A stretch of 64,000 nt of DNA from Paraspadella gotoi. Its lineage: Eukaryota; Animalia; Chaetognatha. Where the stretch lies: positions 9,758,291 through 9,822,290 of the forward strand of contig CM119271.1 of assembly GCA_051294375.1 (NCBI GenBank), given 5' to 3'. Below the pieces are notes generated by a model, which ran no database searches, had not been told where the DNA came from, and worked only from the letters and a program-made list of their open reading frames with translations. Of this stretch, positions 49,500 through 62,200 are shown piece by piece. Each line of letters opens with the position of its first letter. Within the stretch, counting starts at the first letter, position 1. The translations under genes were made by a program, and so were the position numbers.

Positions 49500-51725
49500 A
49501 AAATGTTCAAGTAGCATTTAAAATCCGATGTCACGTGAATGAGTCGTGACGAGTGAATGTAATCACTGTGAACGAATCGTTTTTTCCGTATTTGACGGCA
49601 AAGTCTGTTAGGATTTATTCCATTTTTTAGTTGCGCCGCGAGTACTCGCGGAGCAGCTCCATAAGTCACTTTCGGTCGGCGTCAGTCGGTATCTCTGTCT
49701 GTCGGTCTGTTTCACTTACGTTAAAAATGTTAAAAATGCCCAAGTGATTTCTTATTTGTTAAGACAAGAAAAAAAAACTTAAAACTAAAGCGACTGCTAG
49801 CGCCGCCTTCAGGAAATCCTAAAACTTACAGTATAAAATAAATAATAAATACACGTGAGGAGAAAGTTCACTGCGGCGCAACACATTTGAATTATCGTTC
49901 TTGTTTGTTGTATTTTTCACGTTATATTTTAAAAGGCTTCTTACTATGCGACAATATATATTTCATTTTCTTGCAACAAATTAGAATGGTAAGGTGGTTT
50001 ACGGAAATCATTATCAATATATATTACCGTGGGAAATCCAAACTTCTCTTCTTTCACCCCGATGCCTCTTTTATTTTCTATTTACTAACGCAAGGAACAT
50101 TTCTCATTTCTTTCCGCGATCACAGCGACATCTTTTGCCGTTTCTAAATTTGTATCATAGTATATATTACTTAAGTACAGCTTTCCGAGTGGCTAACGCA
50201 TGGCTGTTTCTGATTGGTTCCCGCCGTTTCTTTTAGATCTCAGCCTTGATTTCTATCGACGTGTAACCTTCTCCAGATTTTGTTTCAGTCTTGCAATGCG
50301 TTTTCAATACTTTTTTTAAATGATAAGAATCGCTTTTTTTAGATTATCTCGGAAACTTCTTTTTTTTTTAAAGAAAGAAACCTTGTGATCGCTGAGATTG
50401 GTGGATTTTCCTTGGTGATAGAGGCAACCTTTTTCTCAATTTTGGCCTTTCAGAAACAAGTAAGATAGGATTCTTTACTTTAATATTATATTTTGCTGAG
50501 TGTGTATTAAATGTTTTGTTATTCTTTGCAGGACTTTCAACTCCATCTCATCGACTTTAGAATAGAGTAGCATGGGCTTCGAACTTTGTCGTCAGATCAT
50601 CATCTTTGAGCTTCTTTGACCGGCGCCATCGTCTCGTACCGCCGCCATCTCAACCGAATTCCTCTCGTTTTGATAGCGCAGGATCAGCTCAGCCAGTTAG
50701 TTGTCAACGACAGCCACCCTCTACGAACTTAGTTCAATACATTAGAAGTCTCGTTGCGGCGGGACGCAGTGCTCGAAGCGTTTTCGTCGAAGATTCTCTA
50801 AGCCTACGACGGTTTCTGCGGGACGCCGTCGGGTCAAGAAAGAATCCGCCCAGCGTCGCGGCCTCTGGGCTGCCGAGCGAATCGACGTTTCCATCATCGA
50901 AAGAACTTGCAAAACTTTCGACGGACGTAAGGATTCCGGCGGCGCTTCGGACTGCTTTCATTGCTTATTAGGGATCCTCGAACTAGCGACAACGCTCTCA
51001 TCGTCTTTTAGAAACTTTGCCGGAACTACGTTATCGCTCCTTTCTCGAATACTGCAGTTAGATTGAAGTTCGGTATCGATTCGTTTTGTTTCACATCTTC
51101 GCGTCTCGGTGCTTAACGACTTCGTGAAGCTTTCAACGACTTCAAGGCGCGATTTGTCACCACGGCAAACGAATACGGATCGCGTAGAAATAAGCGCTGC
51201 CCAGCAGATTAATATCGTCGTTGAAGACTCGACGAGTGGCCAAAACCTTGATCGGAATTCCCCTTTCGGCGGTTTTTTGTGGACTTGCGTCGGTTCGTTT
51301 GTAAGACGGATTTAGTTTCGCCACTAGTGCGACGAAACGAGAAAAAAATTATCGACAACCTTCGCGGCACGCCGACAGTATCCCCTTTCCCAAAACGCCA
51401 TCGAGGATATCGAGACTAACCCCTTCTTCAAAGCGGACATGGCTCAGATCCATGCGAGCGTACCCTTCAGGAATGCAATATCTTCCTAGCCAACCTCCAC
51501 GTCGATGAGGTGGTTGTAAGCTCACGCGATTTCTTNNNNNNNNNNNNNNNNNNNNNNNNNGTATATTACATATCAATACTCATTATTCACATAATTAATC
51601 ACATTAATCACATAAAACTGACCTCCTCGATCCGTCTGTCCGTCCGTCCGTCTGCTAATCCATCTTCTTCCGGTACGTTTCACTCTCGTCAGTCTTATAA
51701 TCCATCCATCAAACTTTAATAAAAC

Positions 51726-52095
51726 TTGTCAGTCTCCCAATTCATCAGCCAGTCTCAAATTCAATTTGTCAGTCTTCTAATCCATCTGTTAGTCTTCAAT
51801 TCAATTTGTCAGTCTCCCAATTCATCAGCCAGTCTCAAATTCAATTTGTCAGTCTTTTAATCCATCTGATAGTCTTCAATTCAATTTGTCAGTCTCCTAA
51901 TTCATCAGCCAGTCTCAAATTCAATTTGTCAGTCTTCTAATCCATCTGTTAATCTTCAATTCAATTTGTCAGTCTCCCAATTCATCAGCCAGTCTCAAAT
52001 TCAATTTGTCAGTCGTCTAATCAATCTGTTAGTCTTCAATTCAATTTGTCAGTCTCCCAATTCATCAGCCAGTCTCAAATTCAATATGTCAGCTA
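51726..52095. repeat. 80 bp minisatellite (~4.5 units, 40 bp sub-repeat); noisy mirror copy 63100-63475
   Basis: ttgtcagtctcc(c/t)aattcatcagccagtctcaaattcaat at 51726, 51806, 51886, ~51967 and ~52047. Confidence 0.95.
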
Positions 52096-54709
52096 ATCTC
52101 TCTGTCTTCAAACTCCACAAAAACCAAATCAACCTCTCCGCCTTTTGATACTAGATTTCTCCCTCCAAATCTCCATTCGTCCGTCTCATAATCCATCCAT
52201 CCGGCCCCCGATGTCATTTCTCAGAAATCCATTCATCCCGTATGAATCCAAATCCATTCACGTCTTTCTTTCGCAATTCCATTCCACTTCCTCTGCATCT
52301 CTTTTCCACAAACCCCGTTCCACCAACTCCACCAAGCTTCGATTTCCACATCCCCGTTCCACCGACCTCACCAAACGGCATATTTCCGTTTCCACATCCC
52401 CGATTCGTTCTCTCTCCCTTTACTTTCTTGCTGCTATCGTCGTCGTCGTCGTCATAGTCGTCGCCCAAGTAGCCGTTTTTGTTGTTGAAGATGTTGTTGT
52501 GTTTGTTTGTTGTCGTCGTCCTCCTTTTTTTTTGGTCGTCGTTGTTTTAATAATTTGTTTTCCCTTATTGTGGTTGACTTCGGCGCCTTTTCAAGTCTCA
52601 ACCCGAGGTCAGCGTGCATCGATATCTTTCTGTGAGGTTCAAGCGATCATCCGGAAGTCATCGTCGGCGGCCTCGTGACGAGCTTGATCCAAAGCTTGAT
52701 CCAAAGCTTGCTTCAAGTCGAAAGTTACTTTCGACTGGGTTTGTTTTCTTTGGCCAACAATAACACGATTCGGCTCATGAGGGGTAAACCCCTTTTTTTC
52801 TTTGAAGGTCTTTAAACTCTCTCGCCCGGGGTTCGCTGTAAAATGTAGATGAAGAAAAATTGCCCACGGCTTAACGTAGTTTCTTATCCACAACTTGGAC
52901 CATATTCGTCTTCCAACAAGACCGCGCGATTGTTCCAAAGACCCAGGCCCAGGTTTGGAAGGAGCCCTTAAAAGTGAAAAATAAAAAAACGCCAAAGGTC
53001 AGTGACAGTGGCAACATTGTCTAGATGGAGGGGAGAGGAGAGAGAGAAGAGAAAGAGAAGAGAAAGAGAAAGAAGAGAAGAGAAGAGAAGAGAAGAGAAG
53101 AGAAAGAAGAGGAAGAGGACGGAGAGGAGAGGAGAGGAGGGAGGGAGGGAAGGGAAGGGAAGGGAAGGGAAGGGAAGGGAAGGGAGGAAGGGGAAGGGAA
53201 GTAAGGTAGGAAGGTAAGGGTAAGGTAAGGTAGGTAGGTAAGGTAAGGAAGTAAGGAAGAAAGAGAAGAGAAAGAGAGAGAGAAGAGAAGAGAAGAGAAG
53301 AGGAAGAAGAAAGAAAGAGGGGAGATAGAAGAAAAGAAAGAAAGAAAAGAAATATAATTTGGGGGGGGGGGGAGGGGGCAGTCGAAATCGAAGATGAAAA
53401 TTNNNNNNNNNNNNNNNNNNNNNNNNNAGGTGAACTACATAGAGCAGGAACGGCGAGTGCTGAATGTTACTGGTAATCAACTCGCTGACCGACAAACGGA
53501 ATCGAATGACCGACTAAACTGCGTCTTAACCTGAATCGTTGTGGCACACATCGAAGAATCGAGAGGGAGAGAGAAGGAGAGGGGGGGAGGGGAGAGGAGA
53601 GGAGAGAAGAGAAGAGAAGAGAAGAGAAGAGAAGAGAAGAGGAAGAGAAGAGAAGAGAAGAGAAGAGGGAGAGAAGAGGAGAGGAGAGGAGGGAAGGGAA
53701 GGGAAGGGAAGGGAAGGGAAGGGAAGGGAAGGGAAGGGGAAGGGAAGGTAAGTAAGGTAAGGTAAGGTAAGGTAAGGTAAGGTAAGGTAAAGGGAAGAAA
53801 AGAGAAGAGAAAGAGAAGAGAAAGAAGAGAAGAGAAGAGAAGAAAAAAGAAAGAGGGGAGGAAAGAAGAAAAGAAAAGAAAAGGAAAATAATTTGGGGGG
53901 GGGGGCAGTCGAAACGAACGATGAAAATTTCGGCGTCGGATCAAAAACGATTTTGTTTCGAACGAATGCGTCGAGGCTTTTGACAGCTGGAAGTGGCGAA
54001 TGGGTGTCAACTGGCAAAGCGGTGAAGCTAAATCTTTGTGGGTCGGGTTTTTGTTTAAAAAAAAAGGGTCCGACCCTCGAGGGATGGGTTAACGCGTGGC
54101 GACCCGACTTTCTCGATCGATCCCAGCGCAGATTCGACTGCCGCGATTCTTGCGAAGAAAAAACAAACTCTTATCGCCGTCGGGCGGAGGAGGAAAGAAG
54201 GGAAAAGGGGGAGAGAGGTTATGGGGAAGGGTGAGGGGGGGTTAGTGGGGTTAGATGGGGAAAGGTGAGAGGGGGTGGTTAGAAATGTCGGGTGGGTAGT
54301 ATTAGGGTAGGTTTAAAACTTTAAACGAGGACAGTTGAGACGTAATTAAATTGAAATTACAAAAAAAGTTAATGTACACGATTTAAAAAAAAAAAAGAAG
54401 AAAAAACATTCTAGACCTCCCCCCCTCTCCTTCTCTCTCCCTCTCGATTCTTCGATGTGGCCACAACGATTCAGGTTAAGACGCAGTTTAGTCGGTCATT
54501 CGATTCCGTTTGTCGGTCAGCGAGTTGATTACCAGTAACATTCAGCACTCGCCGTTCCTGCTCTATGTAGTTCACCGTTAAGAAACTGAGTTCACACGAA
54601 CCTATAAATAAAGTTTTAAATCGTCTCAAAAAAATACAAGAAATGTAAAGGCGTCTTAATTCGCCGGCCCGGCTGATCAAGTTTCTGAATTCAAGCACAA
54701 CGGATTGCT

Positions 54710-54770
54710 TCCGACCGCCTCCGACCGCCTCCGACCGCCTCCGACCGCCTCCGACCGCTTACGACCGCCA
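54710..54770. repeat. (CCGACCGCCT)n 10-mer repeat
   Basis: About 5 units. Mirror copy at ~61005-61065. Confidence 0.9.
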
Positions 54771-55205
54771 ACGAATTGTTTCTTGTTTCATTATTGTGTT
54801 TCCGACTTAATCGCATTGGGCGATGACTCGTGCCTCGGATAAAACACGTGCCTCGTTCTGGAAAAAAAAAAGGAAGAAACAAACGTTGAATTACTGAAAA
54901 TATATAAATGGAAAAGACTTAATTCTATTCGCAGGAAGGAAAGAGAGAGAGAGTCTAGAGAAACTATTTTCCTTGTTACTGTTTGTTTACTTTATTACCC
55001 CTTCTTTCTCTTGTTTTTACGTTCATTCGATAACTTGAATAAAATCAGAAAAGGAATAAGAAAGAAAAAAATTAATAAAAATATTTAATCAAATGGAAAA
55101 AAAGATTTGAAATACACGAATTCCAAAGCGAGGCTGAGGTCACCGCGGAAATCGGTGAAAGGAAAATAAAAAATAAAGGAGAGAAAAAAAAGGAGGGACT
55201 AATAA

Positions 55206-55470
55206 AAACGAGATCGGTTCATACAATGTGTTGCGCCGCAGTGGATTTATGATATGATATGACATGACATGACATGACTAAAAAACGTTCTTAGCACGTG
55301 TATTTATGATTTGAGGTTTTTTCTGTCTTAACAAATGAGCAACTAACTATAGGCGAATTATATGCATTTTTAACGTAAGTGGGCCAGACCGACGGACAGA
55401 CATACCGACTGACTGACGGACCGACCGACCAACAGAGTTGCTCCACGAGTACTCGCGCCGCAGCTAAAAA
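55206..55470 (-). mobile_element. HINE/DINE-1-like element, same family as 46760-47040; mirror copy ~60318-60575
   Basis: aatgtgttgcgccgcagtg…gcatttttaacgtaagtg…cagaccgacggacaga…agttgctccacgagtactcgcgccgcagctaaaaa. Confidence 0.75.
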
Positions 55471-55561
55471 TTTAAAAAAGGTGGAAATATGGAAAATACG
55501 AGGAGCTCTCTTTTCTCAGAGGAACCCATTTCTCTTCCATTAGCCCGCAATTTAATTTTAA

Positions 55562-55725
55562 TTTTTAGTTGCGCCGCGAGTACTCGCGGAGCACTCTATA
55601 ATCACTTTTTTGTCGCGTCTAAGTCTGTTGGTTGGTAGGTCTGTTCTCAGTATCTGTTCCCATCTTAGTGTTAAAAATTGCCTTTATGAACTTGCCTATA
55701 GATCCGTTCGCTAATTTGTTAAAAA
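55562..55725 (+). mobile_element. Further HINE-family end in opposite orientation; mirror copy ~60070-60225
   Basis: tttttagttgcgccgcgagtactcgcggagcactctataatcacttt followed by a GTCT/GTTG microsatellite. Confidence 0.7.
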
Positions 55726-56063
55726 AAAGCTAGACATTGGTATTATGTGAACTTTCTATTTTTGTGCTATTTAAGAATACGTTAGAGATGAAGACGAAAA
55801 ATTCGTTGTTAATAGGCAATTTTATTTTTATTAATGTACATGTGTTCGACTCTCTAGTTTTGCCGCAGTCGACAACATGTACCATTAATAAAAATATAAA
55901 ATTGCCTATTTACAACGAATATTGTTACGTTTTCATCTCTACTAAAAAAAGTAAAAACGAAAATCTGATTAAACTGTTAGAATAAAAGACGTGATTCCGA
56001 TGCACAGCTTGTCGTATATACTGCGGAAAACAAAAGGGATAAAGAAAATAAAAATAAAAGTAA

Positions 56064-56327
56064 TGCGGCGCAATACCTTGGAATAACCATTCCTTGTTAA
56101 TTTAATTTAATTTTTAACTTAAATATACTTTTAACTTATAACCCTAACCCTTAAATCGAATCCAACTTAATCCTAAACCTTAACCCCAAAACCTCTTATC
56201 CCTAACTTCTAACCTTACCCTTAATCTTTAACTTATTCCTCAATCCTAATCTAAACTTAATCTTCAACTCAAAAGATTAACTTTATTTTAAATTAAGATG
56301 GAATAGGCATTCTGGGAAATATTGCCA
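56064..56327. mobile_element. MITE-like element with degenerate CCCTAA-like interior; mirror copy ~59665-59925
   Basis: Imperfect terminal inverted repeats (gcaatacc…gaataaccattcc / ggaataggcattc…atattgcc) enclose taaccct/taatcct/taacctt hexamers. Similar tracts at ~29745-29800 and ~38140-38335. Confidence 0.45.
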
Positions 56328-56787
56328 AAAGTGGATGGAGTGAAAAAATTGTGAGATTTGTCAAAGAGAAAGAAAATCGAGTGACATTTGAAGAGAGAAA
56401 AGAAGGAAAATCGAGAAAAAAAAACGGGAGCGAAAAGATGTGAATGAATGAATGAATGAATGAATGAATGAATGAATGAATGAATGAATGAATGAATTGA
56501 AAGAATGAAAATGAATGAAAATGAAATAGTAACCTGAAAAATTTGTTTTAAAGAATTATGAACAAATCTTTTTGCAAAATAGAAAACAATTTACAGATAA
56601 AATAATGTTACATATTGAATAAATGAATGAAAATACTAATATATATATTAACACTAATTATAAAGGAATAATTAACTTCATAACTTATTTTTAGAAGAAG
56701 TATGAATCATCAAAAAATGAATAAATAAGGGAGGATAAAAAAAACGAGCGCTGAGGTGAATGACATGAGTGAGGGAGAGAGTGAGAG

Positions 56788-56827
<40 letters not shown>

Positions 56828-56829
56828 TG

Positions 56830-56869
<40 letters not shown>

Positions 56870-57939
56870 TATTTTCCTCCGCATCAGAGCGTAACTAAAT
56901 GGAAGACACTGGGTCACTGGGAGACCTGAGGATTTTTTCTCACAAAAATCTCGAGACTTTGACGGAGGAAAGAAGAAAAAAAAGAAAAAAAAGGAAAAAG
57001 AAAAAAAGGGAAAAAAAAGAGAGGGGAGAAAAGGGAAAAAAAGGAAAAAGAAGAAAAAAAAGAAAAGGGAGGAAATAAAAGAAAAGGGAAAAAAGAAAAG
57101 AAAAATGAGGAAAGAAAAGAAAAGGGAGGAAAGGAAAGAAATGGGAGGAAAGAAAAGAAAAGGGATAAAAAAAAGCAAAGAAAGTAAAAAGAAGAAAAGG
57201 GAAGAAAAAAGGGAGAAAAGAAAATGGAAGAAAAAGAAGGCAGGAAAGAAAAAAAGAAAAGGGAAGAAAGAAAAAGAAAAGAGAGGAAAGAAAAGAAAAT
57301 GGAGATTCTTTGGAAAGAAAAAGAAAAATGTTAGAATCGTGATAGAAATATAAAGAAGAGAGAATTTGATGGAAATAAAAAAAAATTGTGGGAGCGAACG
57401 AAATTGGAATGAAAACGTCACTAGATTGGTCGGTTCGGTTCGGAATGAGGAAAATTTAAAGGGTGGGACTTATTATCGGTCCTTTTTTGCGTCGCTTGGA
57501 AATGATTTTTGCCAATCAGTAGTTTTTAAATGTAAACAATGATGATTTCATCTTTCAATTAAACCGCGTCGATCAATCGTTCTTTCTTTNNNNNNNNNNA
57601 TCAATCTTTTTTCCCGCTGCTGCTTTTCCAGCTGCTTCTGCTGCTGCTGCTCCTCTTCCTCCTTTTCCTCTTCCTATTTGTCTCTTTCTCATTCGCGCTC
57701 AGAAAGCGAAAAAGGCGTAAATTCAGACGATGAAACCTTTTTCCGTAACGCTTTTTAAAGTAATATTCACAGACAGGCGTTTTATAGACTCGCGTCTCAA
57801 CGCGACCGAAAATTGAAAGGAATGGGCAAAGTCGAAAAGAAGAAAAGGAGGGCAAATAAAGAAGGGCAAAGAATTGAGGGGACCAAGGAAAAAAGAAAGG
57901 AAAAATTTTTTTTTTTTTCACTTATTCTTCTTTTGAATG

Positions 57940-57998
<59 letters not shown>

Positions 57999-58003
57999 TC
58001 TCT

Positions 58004-58039
<36 letters not shown>

Positions 58040-59152
58040 CTCCCCTCCCTCCTTCTCTCTGATAATCTTTTTGTTTTTACCTAACGCGATATAACTTTAT
58101 GAATTCCAAACTCATTCGGTTATTTTTTTTTCCTTTCTTTTTTTTTCCCTACTATTTTTTCTCCCTTTTGTTCTTCCTTTTTTCCTTTCTTTTTTCCCTG
58201 GTCCCCTCAATCTTTGCCCTTCTTTATTTACCCTCCTTTTCTTCTTTCTACTTTGCCCCATTCCTTTCAATTTCGGTCGCGTTGAGACGCGAGTCTATAA
58301 AACGCTGTCTGTGAATATTACTTAAAAAGCGTTACGGAAAAAGGTTTCATCGTCTGAATTTACGCCTTTTCGCTTTCTGAGCGCAATGAGAAAGAGACAA
58401 ATAGGAAGAGGAAAAGGAGGAAGAGGAGCAGCAGCAGCAAACAGCTGAAAAGCAGCAGCGGGAAAAAAGATGATCGACGCGGTTTAATTGAAAGATGAAT
58501 CATCATTGTTTACATTTAAAAACTACTGATTGGCAAAAATCATTTCCAAGCGACGCAAAAAAGGACGATAATAAGTCCACCCTTTAATTTTCCTCATTCC
58601 GAACCCGAACCGACCAATCTAGTGGACGTTTTCATTCCAATTTCGTTCGCTCCACAATTTTTTTTTATTTCCATCAAAATTCTCTCTTCTTATATTCTAT
58701 CACGATTCTAACATTTTTCTTTTTCTTCCAAAGAATCTCCATTTCTTTTCTTTCCTCTCTTTTCTTTTTCTTTCTTCCCTTTTCTTTTTTTCTTCCTGCC
58801 TTCTTTTTCTTCATTTTCTTTTCTCCTTTTTTCTTCCCTTTTCTTCTTTTTACTTTTTTGCTTTTTTTTATCCCTTTTCTTTTCTTTCCTCCCATTTCTT
58901 CCTTTCTCCCTTTTCTTTTCTTTCTCATTTTTCTTTTCTTTTTCCCTTTTCTTTTATTTCCTCCTTTTCTTTTTTTTCTTCTTTTCTTTTTTTCCCTTTT
59001 CTCCCCTCTCTTTTTTTTTCCCTTTTTTCTTTTTCCTTTTTTTCTTTTTTTCTTCTTTCCTCGTCAAAGTCTCGGATTTTTGTGAGAAAAAATCCTCAGG
59101 TCTCCCAGTGACCCAGTGTCTTCCATTTAGTACGCTCTGATGCGGAGGAATA

Positions 59153-59229
<77 letters not shown>

Positions 59230-62200
59230 TGTCATTCACCTCAGCGCTCGTTTCTTTTTTATCCTCCTTATTTATTCATTTTTTGATGATTCATACTTCT
59301 TCTAAAAATAAGTTATGAAGTTAATAATTCCTTTATATTAGTGTTAATATATATATTAGTATTTTCATTCATTTATTCAATATGTAACATTATTTTATCT
59401 GTAAATTGTTTTCTATTTGCAACAAAGAATTTGTTCATAATTCTTTAAAACAAATTTTTCAGGTTACTATTTCATTTCGTCATTCATTTTCATTCTTTCA
59501 TTCATTCATTCATTCATTCATTCATTCATTCATTCATTCATTCATTCATTCATTCATTCACATCTTTCGTCCCGTTTTTTTTCTCGTTCTTCTTTTTCTT
59601 CTTCAAATGGTCACTCGATTTCTTTCTCTTTGACAAACTTCACAATTTTTCACTCCATCCACTTTGGCAATATTTTCCCAGAAATGCCTATTCCATCTTA
59701 AATTTAAAATAAAGTTAATCTTTTGAGTTGAAGATTAAGTTAAGATTAGATTAGGAATAAAGTTAAAGATTAAGGGTAAGGGTTAGAAGTTAGGGATAAG
59801 GGTTTTGGGTTAAGGTTTAGGATTAAGTTGATTGATTTAAGGGTTAGGGTTATAAGTTAAAAGTATATTTAAGTTAAAAATTAAATTAAATTACAAGGAT
59901 GGTTATCCAAGGTATTGCGCCGCATTACTTTTATTTTATTTTCTTTCCTTTTGTTTCCGAGTATATACACAAGCTGTGCATCGGAATCACGTCTTTTTAT
60001 TTCTAACAGTTTATCAGATTTCTTTAAAAACGAAGGCGACGAAAGTTGCTTAGATTGAGGTTTTTACTTTTTTAACAAATTTAGCAACGATCTATAGGCA
60101 AGTTATAAGCATTTTTTAACCTAAGTGGGACAGACTGACGGACAGACTACCAACCAAACAGATTAGACCGACCAAAAAAGTGACTTATAGAGTTGCTCCG
60201 CGAGTACTCGCGGCGCAACTAAAAATTACAAATTAAATTGCGGGCTAATGGAGAGAATGGGTTCCTCTGAGAAAAGAGAGCTCCTCGTATTTTCCATATT
60301 TCACCTTTTTTTAAATTTTTAGCTGCGGCGCGAGTACTCTTGGAGCAACTCTGTTGGTCGGTCGGTCCGTCAGTCAGTCGGTATGTCTGTCCTCGGTCTG
60401 GCCCACTTACGTTAAAAATGCATATAATTCGCCTATAGTTAGTTGCTCATTTGTTAAGACAGAAAAAACCTCAAAATCATAAATACAGTGTCTAAGAACT
60501 TTTTTTAGTCATGTCATGTCATGTATATTATATCATAATCCACTGCGGCGCAACACATGTATGAACCGTCTCGTTTTTATAGTCCCTCCTTTTTTTTCTC
60601 TCCTTTATTTTTATTTCCTTTCACGATTCCGCGGTGACCTCGGCTCGCTTTGGAATTCGTGTATTCAAAAATCTTTTTTTCCATTGATTAAATATTTTTA
60701 TTAATTTTTTTTCTTTCTTATTCTTTTCTGATTTTATTCAAGTTATCGAATGAACGTAAAAACAGAGAAAGAAGGGGTAATAAAGTAAACAAACAGTAAC
60801 AAGGAAAATAGTTTCTCTAGACTCTCTCCTCTTCCTTCCTGCGAATAGAATTAAGTCTTTTCCATATTATATATTTTCAGTAATTCAACGTTTGTTTCTT
60901 CCTTTTTTTTATCCAGAACGAGGCACGTGTTTTATCCGAGCACGAGTCATCGTCCCAATGCGATTAGTCGGAAACACCAATAATGAAACAAAGAAACAAT
61001 CGTTGGCGGTCGTAAGCGGTCGGAAGGCGGTCGGAGGCGGTCGGAGCGGTGGAGGCGGTCGGAAGCAATCCGTTGTGCTTGAATTCAGAAACTTGATCAG
61101 CCGGGCCGGCGAATTAAGACGCCTTTACATTTCTTGTATTTTTTTGAGACGATTTAAAACTTTATTTATTAGGGTTCGTGTGAACTCATTTCTTAACGGT
61201 TGAACTACATAGAGCAGGAACGGCGAGTGCTGAATGTACTGGTAATCAACTCGCTGACCGACAAACGGAATCGAATGACCGACTAAACTGCGTCTTAACT
61301 GAATGTTGTGCCACATCGAAGAATCGAGAGGAGAGAAAGGAGAGGGGGGGAGGAGAGAGAGGAGAGGAGAGGAGAGAGAGAAGAGAAGAGAAGAGAAAGA
61401 AGAGAAGAGAAGAGAAGAGAAGAGAAGAGAAGAGAAGAGAAGAGCGGAGAGAGGGGAGAATGGGAACGGAAGGTACAAGGGAAGGAAGCGGAAGGGAAGA
61501 GAGAAAGAGAAGAGAAGAGAAGAGGAAGAGAAGAAGAGAATAGAGAAGAGAAGAGAAGAGAAGAAAAAAGAAGAGGGGAGAAAGAGAAAAGAAAAGAAAA
61601 GAAAATATTTTTTTTTTTGGGGGCATCGAAACGAACGATTGAAAATTCGCGTCGGATCAAAACGATTTGGTTTCGAACGAATTGCGGATCGAGGCTTTTT
61701 GACAGCTGAATGGTCGAAATGGTGGTCAACTGGCAAAAAGCGGTGAAGCTAAATCTTTGTGGCGTCGGGGTTTTTGTTTTTTAAAAAAAGGGTTCCGAAC
61801 CCTCGAGGGATGGCAGTTAAACGGACACGTGGCACCCCGACTTTCTCGATCGATCCAGCGCAGCATTCGATTCCGCGCATTCTTGCGAAGAAAAAACAAA
61901 CTCTTATCGCCGTCGGGGCGGAGGAGGAAAGAAGGGAAAAGGGGAGCAGAGGTTTATTGGGGGAAGGCGTGAGGGGGGGTTAGTGGGGGTTAGATGGGAA
62001 AGGTGAGAGGGGCGTGGTAGAAGATGATGGTGGGTAGTATTAGCGGTAGGTTTAAAACTTTAAACGAGGACAGTTGAATGTAATAAATGAAATACAAAAA
62101 AGTTAATGTACACGATTTTAAAAAAAAAAGAAGAAAAAAACATTCTAGACAATGTTGCCACTGTCCACTGACCTTTTGGCGTTTTTTTATTTTTCACTTT

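Larger units (their letters stand above)
46645..50040. repeat. Large inverted duplication: arms ~46645-48126 and ~48315-50040, ~190 bp spacer
   Basis: For example gaccttttgagacagagcgtc (47110) pairs with gacgctctgtctcaaaaggtc (49373), and agaacggcggccatcgttaacgg (47918) pairs with ccgttaacgatggccgccgttct (48565). The ORF track shows the same peptide QDDLLRQSVLSFALSPRLYRWPDP on both strands. Confidence 0.95.

Noticed and set aside
56130-56270. Telomeric repeat array
   Set aside because: Hexamers are highly degenerate, internal and enclosed by inverted repeats, so this is not a chromosome end.
57905-58180. PacBio SMRTbell adapter at the palindrome centre
   Set aside because: The spacer is a generic (CT)n tract without the adapter's TTTTCCTCCTCCTCCGTTGTTGTTGTT core.
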